Positions 1-12,600 of a stretch of DNA of 64,000 bases are shown piece by piece (the first letter of the stretch is position 1; the number at the start of each line of letters is the position of its first letter). The stretch comes from Mobula hypostoma (Eukaryota): assembly GCF_963921235.1 (NCBI RefSeq), contig NC_086097.1:175896001-175960000 (forward strand). The letters are read 5' to 3'. The position numbers were made by a program, and so were the translations under genes. Under the pieces are notes generated by a model that was given only the letters and a program-made list of their open reading frames with translations, did not search any database and was not told the DNA's origin.

Positions 1-63
1 TAGCCTGTTTCTATGTTGAATGATTCCAAGACTCTAAATAACCACTTTTACTTAATAAAATCT

Positions 64-69
64 TTTATT
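64..69 (-). promoter_or_regulatory. Candidate polyadenylation signal (AATAAA on minus strand) for the desmoglein 3' UTR
   Basis: TTTATT on + at 64-69 in AT-rich unique sequence 2.7 kb past the stop. An alternative is at 1540-1545. Motif only. Confidence 0.25.
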
Positions 70-276
70 CCAAACAAGGTGTAAACATAAATTGCAGCTT
101 TTCAGAAAAACACCTGAGCAATCAAATTTCTCACATCATCCCTCTCAGAGAACATGTATTAATTAATCTGCCATTTTCCTAACAACAAGACCTACAAAAC
201 ACTAAATTAAAAGAGACAAATCAACATATACTCAGTTTCCTGTATGAAGTTAATTGTCAGAGATTAATACATTTTG

Positions 277-359
277 ATAAAGCAATTATTACTTCGAAGC
301 CCCATAATATAAAAACGCATAAAGCAATTATTACTTTGAACCCCATAATATAAAAATGC
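277..359. repeat. Tandem duplication, 2 x ~42 bp
   Basis: ataaagcaattattacttcgaagccccataatataaaaacgc followed by ataaagcaattattactttgaaccccataatataaaaatgc. Confidence 0.9.
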
Positions 360-1544
360 GTAACGAGTGTTAACAGTCTATGTATCCATCACAGCAAGTT
401 GTTGTTAAAAAAAGTCATAATGCACTTAAAGCCATTCAAAATGTTTCAGTGAAATAATAGTTTAAAAATCTCCATTTCAAAAAAAATACACTCAATTCCA
501 AATGTTACATTGATTGAGATTACACTGATCATAAGCACGTGTCAATAAGCAGTTCCGTAGCACGCCCTGTCAGAGATATTTCCCTCTGGTGGTGATGAAA
601 GCAAGCAATCCACCAAAAATAGTTTGAGAGGCAAAATTACACCTGTCCTGCACAACAGCAGGAAGTTGCTTTGGACAGAATTCTGCTCTACAATAGCAGA
701 ACATTCAGGAAGAGTTTAAATTCATTCTGCGAAATAATAAAGATGAGTTGAGTGCAAAGCAAGGGCGCGAGGCAAAAGACCAACCACAAATTATTGAATG
801 CAGAAGCAGACATGAGGGGCGTCTTCCTCTACTTCTGTTTCTTAAGAGATATTTCCTGTGAAGCTTTACATTGAGTGCTTACACACACAAAATTGGCACC
901 GAGACACATGTAGAAATATCAAACATATTCTGCAGTTGCTGGAAATCTTGAGCCACACACGCAAAATACTGGAGGAACTCAACAAATCAGGCAGCATCAA
1001 TGGAGGAACTCGATGTGTGGGGGATGAATTACCAGCACTTCAATCTGAAGTATCCACAATTCCTTATCGCCCCCAACCCGTCCCTCCAGATGCTGTTCAA
1101 CCCGTTCCGTTCTTTCAGCAGATTGCGTGTGGCTCCAGGTTTCAATCTTTGCAATCTGTTGTGTCTCCAGTTAAACAGGCCACTTAATTCATCAAGTTGC
1201 TTACGTGAGCCTCCACTTAATGTCTCTTACGAACAAGAGCAGAAGTAGGCCACTCAACCCTTCTAATGTTCTCTGCCACTCAATACGAACAATGGCTGAT
1301 AAGTGTAACCCCAATTCAGCATTCCTATATAATTACCGTCACCCTATCAACACAACCTTTCTATCCCCCTTTCCCTGCTGTCCACCTAAAATCTCTATGG
1401 GAACCAGTCCCACATTCTTCCCGTTCCCTGGGAAAGAAGTGTTTACTGGTATTCCCAATTGTATTTGGGAGCCACCACCTAAGAATGAATGGAAATACAC
1501 TGAGGTCACCTGGGGCCATTAGATACCCCTGGCTCTGTGTTTAT

Positions 1545-1680
1545 TCTTTGGTGTCATTGGACTGGTAATCCCAGAGATAAGGATTATTGATCCAGATACA
1601 CAGGTTCAAATCCCCTGATTGCTGAGGAATTTTAAGTTCAACTAATAAAATAAAACCAGTATAAAAAAAGCCATGGAAAT
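1545..1680 (+). mobile_element. SacSINE1/DeuSINE-like SINE head fragment
   Basis: ggactggtaatcccagag...ggttcaaatccc (B-box-like)...gaattttaagttcaactaataaa resembles the shark DeuSINE head from memory. Related pieces at ~14090-14210 (+) and ~40330-40550 (-). Confidence 0.45.
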
Positions 1681-2810
1681 GATTTACTGGAGTAACTCAG
1701 ATGGTCAGGCAGAGGGATGGTCAATTGGAGTTACTCAGCAGTTACTCCTTGTGTTTTACCTGTAAGTGTGATCTTTTGTAGTTCAATATTAACCTAATAT
1801 CAGTCCTGAAGAAGGGTCTCAGCCCAAAATGTTGACAGGTTATTCCACTCCATAGATCCAGTGTGACCCAACGAGCTCCTCCAACATTTTGTGTATGTTG
1901 CTCAATGCTAATGCCATCTCTTTTTTTTTGGGTGTAATGATGTGTTAAGTCAACTCATTTTTGAACCATATAACCCAGGTTAGGATTTAAGGACAGGGAT
2001 GAGGGGGAGTTAGTTTTCAGAGTTAGTAAATGAAGAGTCAGGGGCAAGGGCCCGTACTTGGAGTCCAGCTGGAGGGCTCCGCAGTCGTAGGCCGGCAGTA
2101 TCGGCGGCTGGGCCAGCAGGCACCGAGATCAGAGACCAGCAATCTCCAGGTTGGCGAATCCTGGGTCGGAGGTCAGGTGGACAGGAGGCATGATCAGTGA
2201 GTCCTAGTGTCGAAACTTGAAGGTCAAAATCCTGTGTGTGGGCATGCAATGCTGGCACTGGAATACGTGGCAACTCTTGCGGGATGACTCCAGCACATCT
2301 TTAGATGTTTTGGTTGTTGGCGCAAACAACACATTTCACTGTATGTTTTGATGTAACGAGTAACAGTGCATTTTACCAATCAACCACAAACACAAGGCAA
2401 TCTGTAGATGCTAGAAATCCGAGCAACACAAACAAAATGCTGGAGGAACTCAGCAGGCCGGGTAGCATCTATGGAAAAAAAGTTGACGTTTTGGGCAGAG
2501 GCCCTTCATCAGGACTCAAGAACCCAAAATGTTGACTGCTTATTCTTTTCCATAGATGCTCTCTGGCCTGTTGGATTTTACTGACGGAACACACCACAGT
2601 CACTGCATGTTGGTGATCAACGGAATAAGTGTTTAGGCTGGTGAATGGGGTGTGAAGAAACTTGCTGCTGTTGCCTGAGGAAAAAAAATAAACTAAATAT
2701 TTTTAGAATTAAAAAAAATATATTTCCTCCAGTATTATTTCAGGCCAAAGTAATGAACGGATTGAGGGGAATTCCTATTCCTGAACTAACTGTACAACAT
2801 TGGTAGTCTT

Positions 2811-3698
2811 TTATACTGATTTATATGTCACACTGCTGGACTTGCTGATTGTCACATTTTTCTCAATTGCCTTTGTGTTGATAGGACTGTGATTCAGGGT
2901 CTCTCTCAGACCTATATCGCCTGAACCAGTGACTACCAAATTCTCCTGGGTAACAGGAACATGACCAATCACCTGCTTGGACAGCATATCATGCACCCCT
3001 TCTGATGCCAAGTTAACTGAACTTGTCACAACTGTAGTTTTGTGTGTTAATCTCTGACCAATTGGTTGGTCAGTGGCCACATGCTGTATCTCTCCCAAGC
3101 CTGCACCAGTTGACCTAGTTACCACTACATTCTTCTGGACAACAGGAGCAGCAGTGAAGGCTGGGACTGTCCCCTGGAACCCTCCTGGGCCATAACCGGC
3201 TGTGGTCGCAGTCATTGCTGGGTCAGTTGTGAGGGACACGTTCTGGTATTGGTTGTACTGTGAAGTCACAGTGCTCTGTTCATCAACAACCAGGGACTCC
3301 TCCTGACTCGGCTCGATAGTGGTAGTCACGACATAGTGCTTCTTCAGAGGTAACAGAAGGGCTCCACTGGATTGTTGATTCATAATGCTGGACGAAACAA
3401 CTTCTTTCTTCGCTATTTCCTTCTGTTGGATCAAGGGTTGAGAGCTGGTCTTCTGCTCCCACTTTGTGGAAGTAGCCACTTTGGAGACTTCTGTCATCAA
3501 CTCACCACTGCAGATTTTTGCCAACATCTTGAACTTTGGATCCAAGTCATTCAAAAAGTAGTCATCGAAAGGAGCTTCTTGAATAAGGCTGCAACAGCCC
3601 AGAGAACCCACAGGTGAGTTTGTTCCTTCACTGTTGTAAATCAGTAGATTATCATCTGAAGGCTGAGATATCCACTCTTGAGTAAGGGCATGCCTCTT
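2811..3698 (-). CDS. DSG2: Desmoglein last coding exon (ICS, linker, repeated-unit domain, terminal domain)
   Basis: ttgtag|AAG; 888 nt to TAA; KRHALTQEWISQPSDDNLLIYNSEGTNSPVGSLGCCS...KNVTISKSSSVTYKSV. Confidence 0.95.
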   Translation of the reverse strand, partial: KRHALTQEWISQPSDDNLLIYNSEGTNSPVGSLGCCSLIQEAPFDDYFLNDLDPKFKMLAKICSGELMTEVSKVATSTKWEQKTSSQPLIQQKEIAKKEVVSSSIMNQQSSGALLLPLKKHYVVTTTIEPSQEESLVVDEQSTVTSQYNQYQNVSLTTDPAMTATTAGYGPGGFQGTVPAFTAAPVVQKNVVVTRSTGAGLGEIQHVATDQPIGQRLTHKTTVVTSSVNLASEGVHDMLSKQVIGHVPVTQENLVVTGSGDIGLRETLNHSPINTKAIEKNVTISKSSSVTYKSV

Positions 3699-6600
3699 CT
3701 ACAATAAAACACAGATGGAAAATACAGATGTTACCAATTCTTGCATCAAGCAGTTTTGTCATTAATTCCAGCATACAGTCATCCAATGTCAGACATAGTA
3801 AAGAAATCAGTAAATTGATTTATTGTTGTCACATGTAACAAGGTTCAGAGAAAAGGTTTGCTTTGCATGCCATCTCTAAAGGTCACTTCACCACATCAGT
3901 GTGTTGAGATGGTACATGGGAAAAGCAGAGGCAGAACGTGGACAAAGTGTCACAGTTACAGAGAAAGTGCAGTGCAGGCAGACACTAAGGTGCAAAGCCA
4001 TTACGAGGTAGATAATGAAGCCAAGAGCCAATTTTATTGTACTAGAGATCATTCAATAGTCTCATGACAGCAGGGTGGAAGCTGTCCTTGAGCCTGGTAG
4101 TTAATGCTTTCAGGCTTTTGTATCTTTCTCTTGATGGGAGGGGGGAGAAGCATCAATGTACAGGGTGAGGTGGGTCTTTGATTCTGTTAGCTGCTTGAGC
4201 AAGGCAGGGATAAGCACAATCAAGAGTCCATTGAGGGAAGGCTGGTTCCTACCAGGTGCTGTGCTATGTCCACAACTCTCTGCAGTTTCTAAAATAAACC
4301 TCAAACAACATCCATGGGAAGAGAAGGGGAACTAACGTTTCAGGTTGAAGATCTTCCTATGCAGAACAGCACCTCATATTTCGCCTGGCAATCGCCTCTG
4401 ATCTGGGCCGACAATTACGTGCCGGGTGGCACCTAATTAATTAGCTTGTTTATTTCGGCTTTTTTCTTAAAGATGTGCTGGGTGCCTCCCGGCTACCGCT
4501 GTACCCCTGCGTGCTTCACAGACCAGTATCGGTTCGCTGCCCGGAGGGTGGGGGCCACTGCACCACCCCAACCTGTGACGACTCAGCCTAACACACCATC
4601 ATCAGTGTGCTCGATGTCTTCCAAATTCCCGCAAGTGATACTACACTGTATATATATATTACTTCTACTTTATATCGGCTGTGTATTTTTACGTGTTATT
4701 TGGTATGATTCGGCAGCTTCATAGCTTAAAGGTTACTGGAGAGCCCTTGTGCCATGTTTTTGCCATCGGCACTTGTGTGAGATCTTCGTTACAGAGAACA
4801 GTTCAGGCAATGATTGTGGAGAAGTATTTCTACTTTATTTCGGCTGTGTATTTATCATATCATTCCTGCTTTTACTATATGTTACTGTTATTTTAGGTTT
4901 TAGGTGTTATTTGGCAAGATTTTGTAGGTTATTTTTTGGGTCTGCAAACACTCACAAAATTTTCCCATATAAATAAATGGAAATTGCTTCTTCGCTTTAC
5001 GACATTCCAGCTTACGAACCGTTTCATAGGAATGCTCTACCTTCGGATGGCGGGGGAAACCTGTACTAGTCCCCATCAGCCTGTTTCTGTCCTCTCCGCC
5101 ACCTCTCCCACTGTTCCCATCTGTCCTCCCCACCTCCTTCATGAGGCTATGCTCCACCTTCCTTTGTCAGATTCCGCTATTTGTGAGCATTTGTCACGCC
5201 CATTTCTCATCTCCCAGCCCCTGCTGCTTCCTCCACTTTCCCTATCACCTAGATCCACCCATCACCTGCCAGCTCCTGCTCATTCCCTTCCCCTTCCCCT
5301 CATTGTCCTTTTAATAGCCTTCTCCCCCTCTGTCCTTTGGTCCATGTGAAGGGCCTCGACGTGAAATGTTAATAGTCCATTTCCCTCCACAGATGTTGCT
5401 CCACTGCGTTCTTCCAACAGCCAGTTTTGCTATAAAATGTTAGCTCTGTTTCACATTTTTATTATGAGGAACCAAATCACACAAATCATACAGCACTGTA
5501 TCAGGCCCTTTGGCTCAACGGGTCCGTCCTGACTAAGATGCCTCAAACAAGCTGGTCCCTTTTGGCTCATATCCCTCTAAACCTCTCTTATCCATGTACC
5601 TTTTAAATGTTGATATTGTACCTGCCTCAACTACTTTCTTTGGCAGCTCGTTCCAGCCTTTCTGTAAACAAGTTTCCCCCCAAGTTACTATTAAATCTCA
5701 CCTTAAACCTATGCCCTCTAGTTCTTGATTCCCCAGCGCTAGATAAAAAGACTGTGTTCATACTGTATATACCCCTGTGGATTTTATACATCTCTATAAG
5801 GTCACTTCTCACTTTCTTGCATTCCGTGGAATAAAGTCCTAGCCTGTCCAGCCTTTCCTTATAACTCAGTCCCTCAAATCCTGGCAACATCCTTGTAAAT
5901 TCTTTTTCTGCACTCTTCCAGTTTCATATGTTTCCTAAAGCAGAATTGGGAGAATGGCTGAGAGGATGACCATAAGACCATAAGACAAAGGAGCAGAAGT
6001 AGGCCATTCAGCCCATCACGGGGGTCTCCCTACCATCCAACGGGGACATTTATCAGAACCGCTGTGTATACAGGACCTTTGTATTATCAAGGATCCCACC
6101 CATCCTCTTTGACTTTCTACCGTCAGGCAGAAGACGCCGATGCATTTAAAACAAGAACAGCCAGGATGGGAATTCAGGCCATTAAGCTTCTGAATTCCCT
6201 GCCGCATTACAAATAAAACTTTATCTTATTGCATTCGAAGTGTCACCGGTTAATACATTCTGTACTTCACAATATTTAACTTATGCACTTTACTTTGTTT
6301 ATCTATGTGCAATTCATCCTCACTTTCTTCAGTTATTGTGTATTACGTGTACCACTGTGCTTTACACTCTGGTCTGGAGAAACATCGTCTCATTTGATGG
6401 TACACATGTATATATTTAAATGACAATAAACTTTACTTGAATTAAACTGGACAGGCCTTCTTCCCCTCAGCAAAAGGGTTCAAAGCCAGGAGGATAGAGA
6501 TTTAAAACCATTCACAGAAGCATTAGCAAGGAGGTGAGGTTTCCTCGCCCCAAAGGTGGTGGGGATCATGAACTCGATGGGTGAAAGGGTGGGGGAAGAA

Positions 6601-9600
6601 GAAACCACACCCCTCCTCACCAATCACATTGAATAGCCCAGGAATATAGACAGGAATGGCGGGCTTACAGGCATGGCACTTAAGGAATGGGGTTGGGGAG
6701 TTTGCTTTCAAGCAGCATTTAAGATGAGTGAATGGATTCCATCTGCCATTGAAAACATGCAAAAAAAACAGCAGATGCATAAAATCTGAAATAAAAGCAG
6801 AAAATGCTGGAAACATTCAGCATGCGAGGCAGTATCTATGGAGCGAGAAACAGAGTAACTGTTTCAGGTCGGTTCTCTGGTTAATTCTCGTTTCTCAGAT
6901 GCTGCCTGACCTATTCAGAACTTGCAGGATAGTTAGGCTGTTCCACTGTAACCAACCTCACTGCTAAACCACTACCAAAGTGTTGGAAAACTTATGAGAG
7001 AGTTTCCAGGACCAGAGATGCAGGGACAGACTGGGCAGGTCTGGACATTTTATTCCTTGGAGTGTGGGAGACTAGGGGTGATATTATAGAGGAGCATAAA
7101 ATCACTGGAACATCAATAGGGTGAAAACAATCAGGGTTAGTGAAAAAAAAAGTATAGGACACAGGTTTACGCTGACAGGGGAAAGATTTGAAAGAGACCA
7201 TAGTGGCAAGGTTTTCCATGCAGATTGGGAATGAGCTGCCAGAGGAAATAGAAGAGGTGGGCACAGTTACAATGTTTAAAAGACACTTGGATAGCTACAT
7301 GCATAGGAAGGGTTTGGCGGGACATAGGACAAATGCGGGTAGGTGTGTCTAGCTTAGATGGTTGAGCTGAAGAGCCTCTTTTTGTATATTACTCTTTGAT
7401 TTTAAGTGTCTAAGCTTCTGCATTGAACAAATTACAGTCACATACCCGATTAATGTATTGTTTCACAAAGGACCTGGATGCACCACTCAGCATATCGAAG
7501 CCTTCGAAACTACTGCTAGTCTTCCAGCTTTGATGTTGATTTTGATCCCACATTGATGTTCTGTGGCTATAATCAGGTATCCAAACCTCCTTTGACATTC
7601 CTTCACTTCCTCTGGTGGCCCACCGTCCACTAGTTTCAAAACTCTCGGATACATGACTAGAGGCATGCCTCACATCTGTTTTTTGGATGAGCTCCTCACC
7701 GAACAACTCTCCCGATTTCCCTGGATAAAGTATCTGCGGTAGCAGCTGTAATAGACAGAATAATTTCAGTCACTGATCACTGAAGGGTTTAATATAACAT
7801 GGAGATAAAGAATAGTCAAGAGAGAGCAAGTGAAGAAGATTTATGTTGTTCAATCTTTTGCTTGGGCAGAGATCAGGATACAGGAGGACAAACATACTTG
7901 TATAACTATTTTTAGAGGTCAGATTCTGGTGGGACATGAGTAAATGGCAGGGACATTGTTTATGGACACAGAGAGCTGGGCATGCAAGTCCACAGTTCCC
8001 TGAAAATGATAAACAGGTAGGATAGTGAAAAAGGTGGTTATTATGCCAATCTTTATAGTCCAAGGCATTGAGTATTAAGAGTTTGGAGGTTAAGTTGGTT
8101 AGACTGCACCTGAAGTACAGTTCTGGTTACCATAGTACAGAAAGGATGAAGACAATAGAGATTTGGAATGATGGGGCATAGCTTTAAGGAGAGATTGGAG
8201 AGACTGGTTTTATTACTAGCATGTAGAAGGCTGAGGGATGGCCTTAAACAGTTTGAAAAAATTACAAGGGGCTTGGATGGGACAGCTAGACAGGGTCTTT
8301 TTACTAAGGCAGAGAAATCTAGAGCTGGAGGGGACAAGTTTAAGGTGAGGGGGATGAGTTTGAAGGAGATCTGAAGGGTTTTTATTTCCTCTGCCAGGGA
8401 AAGTGGAGGAGGCAGATATAATTACCAAGTTTAAAAGGGAGGTACATATATAGGGAACGCATAGATGGATATGAGCCTAGTAGTAACAAATGGGATTAAC
8501 ATAGTTAGGTATCATGGTCAGTATGCACAAGGTGGGCTGAAGGGCCCTTATCGATCCTGTAGGATTCTAAAAATAGAAGGTTGTGTGGGAGGGAAAGATT
8601 GGATTGATTGATCATGGAGTAGGTGGAAAGGTCAGATTGAAGGGCGTATGCTGTGCTGTTCTGTGTTCTATGATTCTATTGACGTGGTTAACGAGCAGCA
8701 TGATCCTTTAACCTCAGGAAAGAATACATGTGAAATATCAGTAAAAAATGTATCAAAAAGCAATTATCCACCATATGGGCCGTGTAGCTGCGTTCTTTAT
8801 TTAAAATCTTCTAAGCTGGTGGAAAAGCCTGAGAGTTGTTTTCCTGCATGTTAATATTTATTTTTATTATTGGTTTATTAATGTCATATGTACTGAATGA
8901 GGTACAGTGAAAAGTTTAGTCTTGTATACTGTTCATACCGATCAATTCATTACGTAACACACTGAAGTAGTACAAGGGTCAACAATAACAGTACGCAGAA
9001 TTAAGTGTTATAGTAGAGAGAGAGAGTGCAGTGCAGGCAGACAGTCAGGGCATGGCTTTGACGAGGTAGATTGTGAAATCAAGAGCTCATCAGGGAGACC
9101 ATTCAGGTGACTTATAACAGTACAATAGAATCTGTCTTTAAGTATAGTTTGCAGGTGCTTTCAGGCTCTCTGTCTGGTGGGAGGGGGTTGATTCTGCCAT
9201 TTAACATCATCTGCTTAGGCCAACATTCCCCGAGAGAAAAAGAGGGAATAACGTTACTTTGCATTGTGGATAAGGTTAAGGAGGGATGATAGGACAAAGG
9301 GAATATCATCCCTATCATAACAAGGTTATAGGGAGAGGTTAGGACTTGGAGCACAGGGGTGTGAGGACTGACCATCTTAGATGGGAATCTTGGTTGGTAT
9401 CGATGAGTTGGGCTGAAGGGTCTATTTTAATACTGCATGACTCAGAGTATGAGGCGCAGAGGGGCAGAGAAGGTTAACAAAAGTGAAGGAATAAGGGCAG
9501 TTAGAAGAGAAACAAAAAGAAAGGGATGCAAAGGTTGTGAAATGTTAGGCTGTAGGACACTCCTGTAGGTTAAGCAATGCTAGTGTAGACACTAGAAATG

Positions 9601-12600
9601 ACCGGTTCTGATGGACAGAGAAGATAATCCAGCTGAAGGTGTAGAATTTGGAATGGAATTTGATATCATTTCAGCTTTCTAAAACAGAAAATAAAAGCTT
9701 AGGGTATACGGATTACAAACCGTGTCTACTTGTCCTCCTCCCTCAATGCTGCTTTGTCCCAGAGTACCATCAACTCTGTTTCTCTCCTCGAGGATGAAGG
9801 AATTTTTTCCACCAAATCCACTGCCACACTTGCAAAACAGCAGCAGCAAAGGAAGAACTAGAAAACAGGAATTTCAACATTTATGCAAAAGTCACCATTT
9901 CTAGAGCATACGATGACAACGATAGCAACAGTTCGCTTCAGTGTGCTGCTTTGAAACACATGACCAGAAAAGCAGATAAACATTAATTAATGCAAACCAC
10001 TTCCCAATTTTCAGAAGCCATTCTCAGCGAGGCAGCAGATATCAGATATGAAACTAATCCATGCATCGGCACAATCTTTTGGCAGAGGAATATGTGTATG
10101 AAGATCAAAATCTGCAAGCTAGTGCAACATCATGGTCCAATCAGCACCAGAGACCCATGTGCTCCCACAACAAGAAAAAAATCTGCAGGTGTTGGAAATG
10201 CCTTTGTCTCGGCCCGAAACATCGATTGTTTACTCTTTTCCATTGATGCCAGCTGAGTTCCCCCAGCATGTTGTCTGTGTTCCCATGTGCTCTTGCCAAC
10301 CTACAACTGGCATCATTAAACATTGAAAAGGTCTTCCAAGCCCACTGGAAGTATAAGTGAACCAGTGTCAGTGCACTCTCCCTGGCCAATGTGCATAGTA
10401 TTGTGGCCTTCTTACACTTGGACCTTAGGGCAGGATATGCCATTAAAATGTCCAGCACCAGACGCCACCAGGTTTTATCCTATTGTCATAAGACCACAGG
10501 AGTAGAATTAAGCCCTTTGGTCCATTGAATCTGCTCTGTCATTTCATAATGGCTGATCCATTTTTCCTCTCAGCCCCAATATCCTGCCTTCTCCCCGTAT
10601 TCCTTCACGGCCTGACCAATGAAGAATCGATCAACCTCTGCCTTAAATATAAATACAGACTTGGCCTCCACAGTGGCCTGTGGCAACAAATTCCACAGAA
10701 TCAACATTCTCTGGCTAAAGAAATTCCTCCTCATCTTCACTCTAAAAGGACACCCCTCTATTCTGAGGCTGTGCCCTCTGCTCTTAGATTCTCCCATCAT
10801 AGAAAACATTCTCTCCACATTCTCTACTCTCTCATGGTTTTTCACCATTTTATAGCTTGCATTGAGGTAATCCCTCATTCTTCCGAATTCCAGCAAATAC
10901 AGATCCAGAGCCATCAAATGCTCTTCATATGATAAGCTGTTCAAACCTGGGATCATTTTCGTGAACCTCCTTTGAACCCTCTCCAGTTTCAGCACATCCT
11001 AAGATAAGAGGCCAAAAACTGTTCACAATACTCCAAGTGAGTCCTCACCAGTGCTTGAAAGTCTCAACATTACATCCTTGCTTTTATATGCAAGTCCTCT
11101 TGAAATGAATGCTAACATCACATTTGTCTTCCTCACCACAGACTCAACCTGCAAACTAACCTTCAGGATTCCTGCACAAGGACCCCAAGTCTAATTGTGG
11201 TAGTCTATCTACTTCCTCAAAACTACCTGCCCCTCTATCTATTTTCATATTGTCCGCAAACTTTTCAACAAAGCCATCAACTCAATCATCCAAATCATTA
11301 GCATATAACGTAAAAAGAATCGGTCCCAACAGAGATCCCTGTGGAACACCACTAGTCACTGGCAGCTAACCAGAAAAGGCTCCCTTTATTCCCACTCTTT
11401 GCCTCCTGCCAGTCAGCCATTGCTTTATCCACACTAGTATCTTCCCTGTAATACCATGGGCTCGTAGTTTGGTAAGCAGCCTCATTTGTGGCACTTTATC
11501 AAAGGTCTTCTGAAAATCCAAATACACAACATTAACTGATTCTCCTTTGTCTATCCCGCTTCTTATTTCTTCAAAGAATTCCAACAGAATTGTCAGGCAA
11601 GATTTTCCTTCAGGAAACCATGCTAACTACAGTCTATTTTATCATGTGTTCCAAGTACCCCAAGATCACATCCTTAACAATCGACTCCAACATCTTCCCA
11701 ACCACTGAGGTCACACTACTGGCCTATAATCTCCTTTCTTCTGCTCCTTACCCTTCAAGTGTGGAGTCATATTTACAATTTTCCAGTCTTCCAGAACCAT
11801 TCCAGAATATAGTGATTCTTGAAAGATCATTACTAACCCCTCCACAATCTCTTCAGCCACTTCTTTCAGAACCCTGGGGTGTACACCATCTGGTCCAGAT
11901 GACTTCTCTACCTTCAGACATTTCAGTTTCCCACAAACCTTCTCCTAAGTAATGATAACTTTTCAAACTTCATGACACCTGACACCTGGAATTTCCAACA
12001 TACCGCAAGTGTCTTCCATAGTGAAGACTGATGCAAAATCCTTATTCAGTTTGTCGGCCATTTCCTTGTCTCTATTACTGCCACTCCAGCAACACTTTTC
12101 AGCAGTCTGATATCCACTCTCGCCTCTCTTTCACACTATGTATCTGAACAGACTTTTGGTATCCTCTTTATTATTGGCCAGCTGTATTACATGTACTCCT
12201 TCTTAATGACTTTTTTAGTTGCCTTCTGTTGGTTTTTAAAATCCTCTAACTTCCCACAAATTTTTGCTCTATTATATGCCCTTCCTTTGGCTTTTATGTT
12301 GGCTTTGACTTCTCTTGTTAGCCATGTTTTTGTCATCTTGCCTTCAGAATACTTCCTCCTCTTTGGGATGTATATATCCTTTGCCTTCCGAACTGCTTCC
12401 AGAAATTCCAGCTATTGTTGTTCTGTCTTCATCCCTGCCAGTGCTCTTTTTCAATAAATTCTGGCCAACTCCTCTCTAATGCCTCTGTAATACCCTTTAC
12501 TCCACTGTAATAGTGATAGCTGGCTGGTGGTGTAGTGCGCATCAGGGCCAGACTTTGGAGCAAAGGCTCTCAAGTTCGAATCCAGCTGACTCCCTTGCAC

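Noticed and set aside
858..1568. Overlapping + strand ORFs of 82-109 aa
   Set aside because: They overlap Penelope-derived and other repeat fragments and show no recognisable protein motifs.
9592..9678. Strong acceptor-like site (ttttattttctgttttag) followed by 28 open codons on the minus strand
   Set aside because: It would need a 42-nt intron after exon 13, too short for typical vertebrate splicing; it ends in a stop with no good donor, and exons 13 and 14 already join in frame.
10010..10112. Minus-strand frame FDLHTHIPLPKDCADAWISF as a candidate juxtamembrane exon
   Set aside because: Superficial resemblance only; it runs into a stop, and the real exon is at 9721-9857.
12519..12590. tRNA-like A and B boxes
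   Set aside because: SINE head with tail and TSD; no complete cloverleaf, so not called a tRNA gene.
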